Source of the DNA: Armatimonadota bacterium
GTDB lineage: Bacteria; Armatimonadota; Zipacnadia; UBA1398; JAKPQA01
Direction of reading: 5' to 3'
Assembly (NCBI GenBank): GCA_029547025.1
Contig: JAKPQA010000226.1
Coordinates: forward strand, 26,586-90,585
DNA length: 64,000 bases
The position numbers were made by a program, and so were the translations under genes. This document shows, piece after piece, positions 55,271 through 64,000 of this stretch; the stretch's first letter is position 1; each line of letters starts with the position of its first letter. Below the pieces are notes generated by a model. It ran no database searches. It worked only from the letters and a program-made list of their open reading frames with translations, and had not been told where the DNA came from.

Positions 55271-57664
55271 CTACCTCCCCCGCAAGATGACCCACATGCG
55301 GCCCGTGCGAGCGCCATCGCGAACGTGCGAGTAGAACAGGTCGGGCCGGCACGAGGTGCACAGCCCGGCCTCCATGATGCCGCGGCGCGGGACCCCCGCT
55401 TCCGCCAGCTGGGCAGCGTTCTCCGCCGTCAGATCGAGGGCGTGTCCGTCGCCGTCAGGTTTGAGAAGGTATCGTCCGGAGCCCGGCGGCTGCTTAAGGG
55501 GATGCTCGGCCTCCTGCGGGATGTAGTAGCAGCACGGCCCGATGCAGGGGGAGAGGAACGCGGCGCAGTCCTCGGGCCGGGTGCCAAAGTGCCGACCCAT
55601 CGCCTCGAGCAACCGGAGTGCCATGCCGGCCGCGGCGCCCCTCCAGCCCGAGTGCGCGGCCCCGCGAGCTCCTGTCCGGAGGTCATGCACCAGGACCGCC
55701 TGGCAATCGGCCACCTGGATGGCCAGCGCGGGCCCCTCCGCCGAGGTTACCATCGCGTCCGCCTCGCCGAGCGAGGACTCGAGGCATGACACACCCGGAT
55801 CGACCCGCAGCACATCGGTGCCATGCACCTGCCGCGCGAACGCAACGGGTCCCCCCAGGGCCTCGATGACCCGCCTCCGGTTCTCGATGACACACGCGTC
55901 GTCGTCCAACACCGCGAGCGAGAGGTTCAGGCTGGCGTAGGGGCCCTCAGAGACACCGCCGCGGCGGCAGGTTACCACCACCTCGGCCCCACCCAGGTCG
56001 TACCGCAACAGGCTCGGGCCCTCGCCGACCGACGGAACGGAGGGACCCCGACCCGCGCAGGGGGCGTCACCGGGCGGGCCCCCCCACGCCCGCTGCCAGC
56101 GCCGCCAGAGCACCTCGCGAGCCACTCCCGTGTCGATGATCTCCCACGGAAGTGCCTCGTCGCGGCCGCGCGCGCGGGTTGCCTCGGCAACCAGGTCGAT
56201 GCCACTAAGCCTCGCGGCTCGGACGTAGTCGGCATAGGTGCCGTCGGTCTCGCTGACCCGGCACAGAACTTCACCCCAGCGCCGATCACCCCGTGCCAGC
56301 GCGGCCTCCACGATCGACCACTTGGCACCCTCGCCCGAGACCTTGGGCGACCCGGCGATCCCGTGTGCGCCGCGTCGCACCTCGGCCAGCTTCGCCCGCA
56401 GCGCCTCCGGGGGAGCCATGGCCACCCACTGAAGCGGTGTGCCTGGCTTGGGGACAAACGAGTTCACGCCCACGCTCACACGGAGTCCTCGCGCCGCCTC
56501 GGCGACCTCGCCGGCCAACTCGAGCAGCCGGTCTACTTCGTCGTCGCCAGCCAGTGGGAGGCCGACCATGAAGTAGAGCTTCAGCCGGGCGAACCCGGCG
56601 CGCGTCGACCTCTCGGCCATGCGGAGCAGGTCATCGGGTGAGAGTCCCTTCCGGACGGCGCGCGCCACTCGCGGATCGCCCGTCTCCGGGGCCAGGGTCA
56701 GTGTGCGCTGTCCGCACTGCGCCAGTGTTCGCAGCACCCGATCCGAGAGCGGCTCTGAACGGCTGGCCGAGATCGAGATCTGCTTCCCCTGGGCGGCCAA
56801 GTCCACGATGATGCGCTCGATGTCCGGATGGTCGGAGGCGGCGGCCCCCAGAAGACCGACCCGGCCGAACGGTTGGGCCAGAGCGATGATCTGGTCGGCC
56901 GGCCGGAACCGCAGGGGCCCGAAGCACGTGGGGACCACGCAGAACAAGCACCCGCGGCCACAGCCGCGCGACACCTCGACGAGCCCCAGATCGGCGAACT
57001 CCGTGTGCGGCGTGAGGATGGTCGTCGCGGTGTCGTGCACCGTGAGATCGCCGGCCACGCGCCGCCGGATCGGCCCGTCCCGTGGGAGTGACGGCACGTA
57101 CACGCCCGGGATGCCCGCCAGGGCCCGCAGCACATCGCCTCGGGCGGCCCCGGCCATGCCGCGTAGCGCCGCCAGCACCTCGGGGATCATCTCGTCACCC
57201 TCGCCGACGCAGACGAAGTCCACGAGGTCCGCCAAAGGCTCGGGGTTGATCGAGCAGCAGGCGCCGCCGACGGCCACGAGGGGCCATCGCTCATCGCGTT
57301 CCGCCTGGCGGAGCGGAACACCACTGAGGGCGAGTATGCGCGCGACGTTCACGTAGTCCAGCTCATAGGAGACGCTGAAAGCGAGGAGATCGGCATCGGC
57401 GGGCGCCATACCGAAGTCCAGGGTGCGGAGCCGACGCGGAGACCGAGAGACATCGGCATCGGGCAGGAACAGCCGGTCACACGACCAGCCCGCCGTCTCG
57501 GCCGCAATCTGGCGGATGGTCTGGAAACCAAGGTTCGACATGCCCAGGCGGTAGAGGTTGGGGTAGGCGAGCACCATCACGCGCCCGGCGGCCGCGCGCT
57601 TCTGGGGCCGAAGCCAGGTCTCCTGAAGATGTGGTGCCCTCTTGCGCACGGCGCTCCGTCCCAT
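55271..57664 (-). CDS. Fusion: B12-binding-like/radical SAM (COG1032 type) + YfiH/PgeF (DUF152) purine nucleoside phosphorylase domain
   Basis: N: YPNLYRLGMSNLG, AFSVSYELD, VGGACCSINPEP, EVSRGCGRGCLFC, TLAPETG, LKLYFMVGLP, FVPKPGTPLQW. C: GPYASLNLS, QVHG, QVADC, AHSGWRG, SPCIGPCCY, CTSC..FYSHVRDG..GRM. Confidence 0.88.
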   Translation of the reverse strand: MGRSAVRKRAPHLQETWLRPQKRAAAGRVMVLAYPNLYRLGMSNLGFQTIRQIAAETAGWSCDRLFLPDADVSRSPRRLRTLDFGMAPADADLLAFSVSYELDYVNVARILALSGVPLRQAERDERWPLVAVGGACCSINPEPLADLVDFVCVGEGDEMIPEVLAALRGMAGAARGDVLRALAGIPGVYVPSLPRDGPIRRRVAGDLTVHDTATTILTPHTEFADLGLVEVSRGCGRGCLFCVVPTCFGPLRFRPADQIIALAQPFGRVGLLGAAASDHPDIERIIVDLAAQGKQISISASRSEPLSDRVLRTLAQCGQRTLTLAPETGDPRVARAVRKGLSPDDLLRMAERSTRAGFARLKLYFMVGLPLAGDDEVDRLLELAGEVAEAARGLRVSVGVNSFVPKPGTPLQWVAMAPPEALRAKLAEVRRGAHGIAGSPKVSGEGAKWSIVEAALARGDRRWGEVLCRVSETDGTYADYVRAARLSGIDLVAEATRARGRDEALPWEIIDTGVAREVLWRRWQRAWGGPPGDAPCAGRGPSVPSVGEGPSLLRYDLGGAEVVVTCRRGGVSEGPYASLNLSLAVLDDDACVIENRRRVIEALGGPVAFARQVHGTDVLRVDPGVSCLESSLGEADAMVTSAEGPALAIQVADCQAVLVHDLRTGARGAAHSGWRGAAAGMALRLLEAMGRHFGTRPEDCAAFLSPCIGPCCYYIPQEAEHPLKQPPGSGRYLLKPDGDGHALDLTAENAAQLAEAGVPRRGIMEAGLCTSCRPDLFYSHVRDGARTGRMWVILRGR

Positions 57665-57765
57665 TCAGTCGGGCGTCTCTCCAGAGTAGGCTGGCACCTG
57701 GCGCCCGGCAAGGGGCTGCGGGGCCCGCCCGCGAAGGATAGGGACCCGGGCCGCGACATCACGCG

Positions 57766-58590
57766 TTGATTCGCGTAGGTCGGCCGTTCGGACCGACGTC
57801 ATTCCGGAAGGGGGTGGCCCCGCTGCGACCGGTCTGGCTGATCGCGATCATCCTGCCGCTTCCCGTAGCAGCAGACTCACCTGAGCGATCCCTTGGTCCC
57901 GTCGAGACCCGCCCGGCCACGGCGTACGTCTCGCGATTGCTGAGCCCCGCGCGCCCGGTTGCCTCGGGGAAGCGGCTGGATCTCTGGGTCGCCCGCGAAC
58001 TCTCGCCGCTCTTCGATGGTGAGCTGGTCGCCGAGGAATGGCGCGGTGCCCTCGAGCTGAACGTCCCCTGGGCGACCCAGGAGACGACGGCGAAGGGGTT
58101 CCCGCCGCGGGTGGTGTTCTGCCTGGCCCGACAGCGGGATGCCGATGGCTTACTGCTCGGATGCATCGTGCAGGATGCGACACGCGAGACCACGTTGGCG
58201 CCACGGCCCCAACCGGCTTCGGCCGAGGGCGCGACGGCCCCGACGGATGAACTGTCTCGCTGGGCGGGGGTCGATCATCTGTTCGTCGGCCTGTACGCCA
58301 AGGGCGCAGAACGTCCCGTATTGGCGAGCCTCCGCCTGTGCCGCGGCGCCACGGTGGCGGAGGACGGCCTACTCGTGCGACAGGGCGCCGTGGGAGAGAT
58401 TGCGGAGACCGGTTGGGCGGCCGAGCTCCAGCTCTCGAGTGGCGCCCTGGACATTGCCGACGGAGACGAGGTCGGCCTATTCGTCCAGGTCCATAACGGG
58501 GCCGGGCCTGACGCCGCCTGGCCCGCGGGTGCCCGGGCTGACGACCCGGCCACCTGGGGGCGCATGGTCACCCGCCGGCCCGGCGGCTAA
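57766..58590 (+). CDS. Probable exported protein with a CBM9/DOMON-like C-terminal domain
   Basis: Hydrophobic leader (alternative GTG start at 57814); GWAAELQL..GDEVGLFVQV..WP..DDPATWG. Confidence 0.6.
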   Translation: MIRVGRPFGPTSFRKGVAPLRPVWLIAIILPLPVAADSPERSLGPVETRPATAYVSRLLSPARPVASGKRLDLWVARELSPLFDGELVAEEWRGALELNVPWATQETTAKGFPPRVVFCLARQRDADGLLLGCIVQDATRETTLAPRPQPASAEGATAPTDELSRWAGVDHLFVGLYAKGAERPVLASLRLCRGATVAEDGLLVRQGAVGEIAETGWAAELQLSSGALDIADGDEVGLFVQVHNGAGPDAAWPAGARADDPATWGRMVTRRPGG

Positions 58591-58671
58591 CGCCCCGGCT
58601 CCGCGTCGCCCAGCGGCAGGCCCTCCGCCACGATGCGCCGAAGTCACGCTCGGAACAGCTAGGGAGGGACC

Positions 58672-60945
58672 ATGGTGACGGGACTGTTGGCAGTGGCCTT
58701 GGTGGGGCTGGTCGTGGCCGGATCCGGTGCCTTCGGGATGACTCTTGCCCATGACGGCAAAGCGAAGTGCCCCATCGTGGTGGCGCGGAGCGCCATCGCT
58801 GCCGAACGGACGGCGGCCCAGGACCTGGCGTCGATCCTGCACCAGGTCACGGGGGCAACGTTCGAGATCCGCGCCCCCGGCGAGGTGGCCGAGGGCGAGC
58901 GCCAGATCATCGTGGGTCCCTCGGCGCGCACGCGGCACCTCGCGCCCGATGTCGATGTCGCGGCATTGGGCTCCGACGGGATCGTCATCCGCACCGTGGG
59001 CGACCGGCTCCTGCTGTTTGGCGGGCGCCCTCGCGGGACCATCTATGCCGTCAACACCTTCCTCGAGGATGTGGTGGGATGCCGATGGTGGACGTCCGCC
59101 GAGAGCACGATCCCGAGGAAGCCCACGCTCGAGGTCGCGGGGCTCCACACGGTCTACACGCCGAAGCTGTTCAGCCGCGAGGTGTTCTTCAAGGACGCCT
59201 TCGAGCCCGTGTTCGCGAACCGGCTGAAGACCAACGGGCACTTCTCGCCGATCCCGCCGGAGCGGGGTGGGCATGTAGAGCTCATCGGCTGGTGCCACAC
59301 TTTCTGGCCTCTGCTGCCGCCGGAGAAGTACTTCGCCCAGCACCCAGAGTGGTACAGCGAGATCAACGGGAAGCGCACCTATGAGGGCGCACAGATCTGC
59401 CTCACCAACGAGGAAGCGCGGAAGGAGCTCACCCGCAATGTGCTCGCGCTTCTCCGGGCCCAGCCTGACGCCCGGCTGATCTCGGTGTCCCAGAACGACT
59501 GGGGCGGGCAGTGCCAGTGCGCGGCGTGCCGGGCGGTGGAGGCCGAGGAAGGCTCGCCCTCGGGCCCGATCATCCGCTTTGTCAACGCCGTGGCCGAGGA
59601 CGTCGAGCGGGAGTTCCCCGATGTGCTGGTCGAGACCCTGGCCTATAGCTATACGCGCAAGCCGCCGGCGAAGGTGCGCCCGCGCGACAACGTGGTGGTG
59701 CGGCTGTGCAGCATCGAGTGTGACTTTTCGAAGCCGCTCTCGAGCGAGGCCAACCAGGACTTCCTGGCGGACATCGAAGCCTGGGGAGCCATCGCGAAGA
59801 ACCTCTATATCTGGAACTACGTAGTCAACTTTGCCAACTTCCTGTGGCCCCATCCGAACCACAAGTCGTGGGCCGACGACGTCCGGCTCTTCGTCGATCA
59901 CGGCGCGGTGAGTGTCTTCGAGCAGGGCGACGCCTACTCTCACGGTGGCGACCTCAACGAGCTGCGGGCCTGGGTGATGGCACACCTGCTGTGGGATCCC
60001 TCGCGCGACAACGACGCGCTCATCGCCGAGTTTGTCGAGGGCTACTACGGCCCCGCGGCGCCCCACCTCATGCGCTACCTCGACATCATGGATCGCGCCG
60101 TCCAGGACTCGCGGACGCGACTGACGTGCTTTGTGCCGACTACCACCGGCTGGCTGAGCCTTCCGGCGCTGAATGAAGCCACCCAGGCCCTCCGGGACGC
60201 CCTGGCCGCCGTCGGGGCCGACGCGACGCTCAACGCGCGGGTGCGGCGGTTCAGCCTGCCCGTGCAGAACGTGTGGCTCAGCCGGTACCACGAGCTCAGG
60301 CGGGAGGCCGAGGCCACAGGGCAGCCCTTCCTCGGTCCCGACAACGCGGCCGACGGTTACGCGGCCTTCGAGGCGGCACTGACCGAGTTCGGCACGGAGT
60401 TCTACGGCGAGGGCCGACCGCTGGATGGCTACCTGCCCGCGCTCAAGCGCCGATGTGCCCCGCGTAAGGAGCCGACACCCCCGGACGAGTGCGCCGGGCT
60501 GGCCGATGACCAGTGGCTGGACGTCCAGGACACCGAGTTCATGCTCCACGGCGCCGGACAGCTCTCGGACTTGGTCGATGATCCGGCCGCGTCCGACGGC
60601 GGCGCCGCCTGGATGCCGGGCCGCATCCCCGATTGGGCCGTCCAGTGGCACCCGCAGCAGGCGAGCCTGTTCGGCCAGCGGTGGCACGTGTACGTCGTCG
60701 CACGATGCGATCCGGCCGCCGACCAGGGCAGCGCATTCCAGATCGGCCTGTACGACGGCCCGAACCGTATCGGGCTCGCCCAGCAGACGGTGTCGCTTGC
60801 CGACGCCGGTGACGGCGCGTATCACACCTATGACCTGGGCGTTCACGAGCTCCAGCCTGGCCGGTATGTGTGGGTGGCTCCGCCGAACAGCACCGTGGTG
60901 AACGCGGTCTACGTCGACCGCGTGTTCGTGGTGCGTGAGCCGTAG
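58672..60945 (+). CDS. DUF4838 domain protein (GH67-like N-domain, putative carbohydrate-active) with C-terminal CBM-like module
   Basis: Signal peptide; ERTAAQDL..DGIVIR..GTIYAV..GCRWW, CHTF, HPEWY, QICLTN, SQND..CQC..C, TLAYSYT, YIWNY, RAWVMAHLLWDP. Confidence 0.88.
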   Translation: MVTGLLAVALVGLVVAGSGAFGMTLAHDGKAKCPIVVARSAIAAERTAAQDLASILHQVTGATFEIRAPGEVAEGERQIIVGPSARTRHLAPDVDVAALGSDGIVIRTVGDRLLLFGGRPRGTIYAVNTFLEDVVGCRWWTSAESTIPRKPTLEVAGLHTVYTPKLFSREVFFKDAFEPVFANRLKTNGHFSPIPPERGGHVELIGWCHTFWPLLPPEKYFAQHPEWYSEINGKRTYEGAQICLTNEEARKELTRNVLALLRAQPDARLISVSQNDWGGQCQCAACRAVEAEEGSPSGPIIRFVNAVAEDVEREFPDVLVETLAYSYTRKPPAKVRPRDNVVVRLCSIECDFSKPLSSEANQDFLADIEAWGAIAKNLYIWNYVVNFANFLWPHPNHKSWADDVRLFVDHGAVSVFEQGDAYSHGGDLNELRAWVMAHLLWDPSRDNDALIAEFVEGYYGPAAPHLMRYLDIMDRAVQDSRTRLTCFVPTTTGWLSLPALNEATQALRDALAAVGADATLNARVRRFSLPVQNVWLSRYHELRREAEATGQPFLGPDNAADGYAAFEAALTEFGTEFYGEGRPLDGYLPALKRRCAPRKEPTPPDECAGLADDQWLDVQDTEFMLHGAGQLSDLVDDPAASDGGAAWMPGRIPDWAVQWHPQQASLFGQRWHVYVVARCDPAADQGSAFQIGLYDGPNRIGLAQQTVSLADAGDGAYHTYDLGVHELQPGRYVWVAPPNSTVVNAVYVDRVFVVREP

Positions 60946-60956
60946 GAGGGCGTCCG

Positions 60957-62288
60957 ATGCGCGGTGTGATCCTGGCGGCCACGGTGGTCTTCGGCCTGGC
61001 ACTCACCAGCGGATGCCGCAAGGCTGGCCCGCCTCCTGCCGGGGAGAGGCCCCTCCCGTCCGGCCCTCGCGCCGGGGCCGGCGGGTCGCTCACGGTGTGG
61101 GACTGGCTGTCGGCCGATCCCTCGCAAGGCGTCGGCCACTGGCTCATCGATGTCGACAAGGCCTTCGAGAAAGCGCACCCGGGCGTGAGGGTCAACCATG
61201 TCGCCCAGTCACACACGGAGTATTACCAGATCCTCAAGGCGGCCGAGGCCGCCGCGGGGGAGGCCGGCGGGCCCGACGTGGTGATGATCCACCAGGGCAG
61301 CCGCGTACTCGACCACAAGGCCAGCCTGGTTCCGCTGGACCGCTACCTGAAGCCCGAGCTGAGGAAAGCCATCGTCGGGTGGGAGCTCACCAGCGAGGGC
61401 CTCTCGGCAGACGGGACGCCCTATGCCGTCCCTGTCGCCGTCCAGGGGAACGCGTGGTACTACAACAAGAGCATCCTGACCAAGGCGGGCGTCGACCCGG
61501 AGGCGCCACCGGCGACGTGGGATGAGTTCCTCGCCGTCTGCGATAAGGTGAAGGCCTCGGGCGTCGCCCCCATCGCCTGCGGGGAGAAGGAGGGCGACTG
61601 GGCCGACTGGTTCCTCAACTCCTCGAGCTTCCTCGAACTGAGCGCTGATGAAGCCGCGAAGCTGCAGCGCGGCGAGATGGCGTGGACTGACCCCAAGGTG
61701 GCTGCTCTGTTCACCCGCCTCGAGCAGCTTGGGAAACGCGGCATGTTCCAGGAGGGCTTCCTGTCGACCCCACTCTTCCCGGACGCCGGCGAGGTGTTCA
61801 TGCGCGGCGAAGCCGCTTTCTGCCTGGGGTTGTTATCCGACGTCGCGCACTGGAAAGAGTTCGGCGAGATCCTGGGCGAGGGCAACCTCGGCGTGATGCC
61901 CTGCCCGGGGACAGGGATGATTCCGGTGGGCGGCGGCTTCGCCTATGGCATCACGTCGTGGTCGCAGCAGCCCGATCTGGCCTTCGAGTACATCACGCTG
62001 ATCGTCAGCGACGCGAACGCCAATGAGTTCCTGAAGCAGGCGGGCTCCTTCCCCGCGAACCAGAACTTCGACCCGCGGCTCATCGCGGACCCGAACGCCA
62101 AGATCATCGCGAGCTGGCTGGCCGAGAAGCGCGTGGCAGCGCCGCTCACGGGTAAGATCCCCACCGAGGTGGTGGAGTCCATCAAGCGCGAGGGGCAGCG
62201 CATCCTGAGTGGTCAGACGGACGTTCCCGGCGCCCTGAAGGCCATCGAGGCGACGGCAGCGCGAACGAAAGCCGGCCGGGCCAAGTAG
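60957..62288 (+). CDS. Sugar ABC transporter substrate-binding lipoprotein (CUT1)
   Basis: Lipobox LTSG-C; LTVWDW, FEKAHPGVRV, YAVP..WYYNK..PPATWDEF. Confidence 0.92.
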   Translation: MRGVILAATVVFGLALTSGCRKAGPPPAGERPLPSGPRAGAGGSLTVWDWLSADPSQGVGHWLIDVDKAFEKAHPGVRVNHVAQSHTEYYQILKAAEAAAGEAGGPDVVMIHQGSRVLDHKASLVPLDRYLKPELRKAIVGWELTSEGLSADGTPYAVPVAVQGNAWYYNKSILTKAGVDPEAPPATWDEFLAVCDKVKASGVAPIACGEKEGDWADWFLNSSSFLELSADEAAKLQRGEMAWTDPKVAALFTRLEQLGKRGMFQEGFLSTPLFPDAGEVFMRGEAAFCLGLLSDVAHWKEFGEILGEGNLGVMPCPGTGMIPVGGGFAYGITSWSQQPDLAFEYITLIVSDANANEFLKQAGSFPANQNFDPRLIADPNAKIIASWLAEKRVAAPLTGKIPTEVVESIKREGQRILSGQTDVPGALKAIEATAARTKAGRAK

Positions 62289-62292
62289 CCCC

Positions 62293-63168
62293 ATGCGCGC
62301 GCAACGCCGTTCGGCGATGGTTTTCGCGTTCCTGTTTCTGGCGCCGGCCGCGGCCCTGCTGCTGACATTCCGCGTCGTGCCCGCCGCCGGGGCGCTGTGG
62401 CACTCGTTCACCGAGTGGGATGGTGTCGCTCCCGCGACCTATGTGGGCGGCGCGAACTTCGCTCGGCTTGTGGGCGACAACACCTTCTGGCGCGCGGTGC
62501 TGAACAACCTCGTGCTGGTCCTCTGCGTCCCTATGTGGCTGGGCGTGTCGTTGGTGCTCGCGCTGCTCATCCACCAGCAGGTGCCCGGCTGGCGCTTCTT
62601 TCGCGCCACTTTCTTCCTGCCGTCGGTCCTGTCTCCCGTGATCATCGGGACGCTGTTCTCCGCGATCCTCCGGCGCGATGGGCCCGTGAACCGCGGGCTC
62701 GAGACGGCTGGTCTCGGCGCTCTGGCGCACGACTGGCTGGCGGAGCCCGCCACGGCCCTGCCCACCCTGGTGATGGTGATCCTCTGGGGCGTCTTCGGGA
62801 TGGGTGTCATCGTGTTCCTGGCCGGCCTGTCGGCGGTGCCGAGCGAGATCCTCGAGGCCGCCCGGCTCGATGGTGCACGCGGGTGGACCTTCGTGCGGTA
62901 CATCATCGTCCCGAGCCTACGACATGTGATCGAGTTCTGGGCGGTGAACCTCGTGGTGTGGTCCTTCACCAGCCTGTTTGCGTTCGTCTACGTCATGACG
63001 GGCGGCGGGCCCGGCTACGCCACCATGCTGGTTGAGTACCAGCTCTATCTCGAAGCATTCCAGTTCAACCACATGGGCTACGCCTGCGCGTTAGGGAGCG
63101 CGCTGTTCCTGATGGTCCTGGGCGTGGTGCTGATCCAGATCCGCCTCATGACCGGAGGCGATGACTGA
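62293..63168 (+). CDS. Sugar ABC transporter permease
   Basis: YVGGANFARL, FFLPSVLS, FLAGLSAVPSEILEAARLDGA, GGGPG. Confidence 0.95.
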   Translation: MRAQRRSAMVFAFLFLAPAAALLLTFRVVPAAGALWHSFTEWDGVAPATYVGGANFARLVGDNTFWRAVLNNLVLVLCVPMWLGVSLVLALLIHQQVPGWRFFRATFFLPSVLSPVIIGTLFSAILRRDGPVNRGLETAGLGALAHDWLAEPATALPTLVMVILWGVFGMGVIVFLAGLSAVPSEILEAARLDGARGWTFVRYIIVPSLRHVIEFWAVNLVVWSFTSLFAFVYVMTGGGPGYATMLVEYQLYLEAFQFNHMGYACALGSALFLMVLGVVLIQIRLMTGGDD

Positions 63169-63988
63169 GATGCGGCGGCTGGCCCGCCTGGCGATGGTCG
63201 CCGCTCTCGGCGCCATCAGCGCATCGACCATCTATCCGCTGGTCTTCATGCTGCTATCGGCGCTGAAGAGCAAGCGGGAGTATCTGCTCAACCGTTACGG
63301 CCTACCGCATGAGCCAACGCTCGTCCACTTCGCGAACGCATGGACGTATGGCGACATGGGGCAGTACCTGGCCAACTCGGCCATCGTCGTGTCTGCGGGT
63401 GTGCTGCTCTCGTGGGTTGTGTGCGGCCTGGCGGCCTATGCCCTCTCGCACCTACGCTTCCCGGGCCGCAGAGCCGTGTTCCTGGCCATCCTCGGCACGA
63501 TGGTGATCGCGCCCCAGGTGATCATCATCCCACTGTACGTGACACTGATCCGCTGCCACCTGCACGACCAGCACTCGGGGCTGATCCTCGTCTACGTGAC
63601 CTTTGCGACGCCATTCGGCACATACCTACTGACGGCCTACTATCGGGCCGTGCCGGCCGAGCTGGTCGAGGCCGCCCAGGTTGACGGTGCGAGCCACGCT
63701 CAGATCCTGTGGCGAATCATGGTGCCCATCGGGCGTCCAGCGTTCCTGACGCTGGGCATCTTCAACTTCCTCTGGATGTGGAACGAGCTGCTGTTCGCGC
63801 TGCTGATTCTCCAGAAGGACACGGCGCGAACGCTCATGGTCGGCGTGGCCAACCTGCGAGGTCAGTACACCACCAGCATCCCACTGATGTCCGCCGGGCT
63901 GTTCCTGGCGGCGCTGCCGGTATTGATCGTGTTCTTCGTTTTCCAGTCCCAGATCCAGAAAGGCATGACCATGGGGGCGGTGAAGTAG
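63161..63988 (+). CDS. Sugar ABC transporter permease
   Basis: AAYALS..FPGR, VPAELVEAAQVDGAS, FLWMWNELL..TLMVGV. Confidence 0.95.
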   Translation: MTEMRRLARLAMVAALGAISASTIYPLVFMLLSALKSKREYLLNRYGLPHEPTLVHFANAWTYGDMGQYLANSAIVVSAGVLLSWVVCGLAAYALSHLRFPGRRAVFLAILGTMVIAPQVIIIPLYVTLIRCHLHDQHSGLILVYVTFATPFGTYLLTAYYRAVPAELVEAAQVDGASHAQILWRIMVPIGRPAFLTLGIFNFLWMWNELLFALLILQKDTARTLMVGVANLRGQYTTSIPLMSAGLFLAALPVLIVFFVFQSQIQKGMTMGAVK

Positions 63989-64000
63989 GGCAGGGCGGTG

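Noticed and set aside
1-64000. CRISPR arrays, rRNA/tRNA genes, IS elements, prophage or defence genes
   Set aside because: No regularly spaced repeats, RNA gene signatures, transposase/integrase motifs or large compositional island seen by eye; cmscan and CRISPR finders would be decisive

Overview
A 64 kb stretch of high-GC (about 70% by eye) bacterial chromosome, densely coding, with about 45 real genes. Most of the long ORFs in the track are antisense or off-frame shadows. I found no rRNA, tRNA, CRISPR array, integrase or transposase. kdsA/kdsB, an LptD-like barrel, many signal-peptide proteins with CBM, CARDB or DUF4838 domains, and sugar transporters point to a diderm polysaccharide degrader. 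An Armatimonadota-like lineage is my inference and is not shown by the sequence. Blocks in order: (1) permease, then secreted GH-A hydrolase and CARDB/PHP genes; (2) helical exported protein, Cys-rich membrane protein, glgC; (3) a long minus-strand envelope run: pseudokinase-kdsB-kdsA-pspA-K+ channel-tatA-queD-queE-2-hydroxyacyl-CoA dehydratase-like gene, then lptD-like; (4) GT-C-like membrane protein plus lipoprotein, an odd receiver, a small protein, and a structured intergenic region with an orphan terminator; (5) secreted hydrolase plus two DUF4139 genes; (6) a minus-strand run: M16 pair, unknown TIM/CBM9 protein, double amidohydrolase, PFK, FGGY kinase, phosphomutase, GH95; (7) a decayed hemerythrin, an SSS transporter, and DUF1848-AKR-MFS; (8) a tight operon of radical SAM-YfiH/PgeF fusion, methyltransferase and a CC-adding-type tRNA nucleotidyltransferase; (9) DUF4838 plus a sugar ABC transporter. 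The strongest leads for undescribed biology are the radical SAM-PgeF fusion operon, the 1227-aa pseudokinase with a novel ~28-aa repeat coupled to kdsB, the queD-queE-dehydratase cluster, the GT-C/sequon-rich lipoprotein pair, and the orphan terminator/attenuator at 28061-28170. All family calls come from motif recognition by eye; no database search was run.
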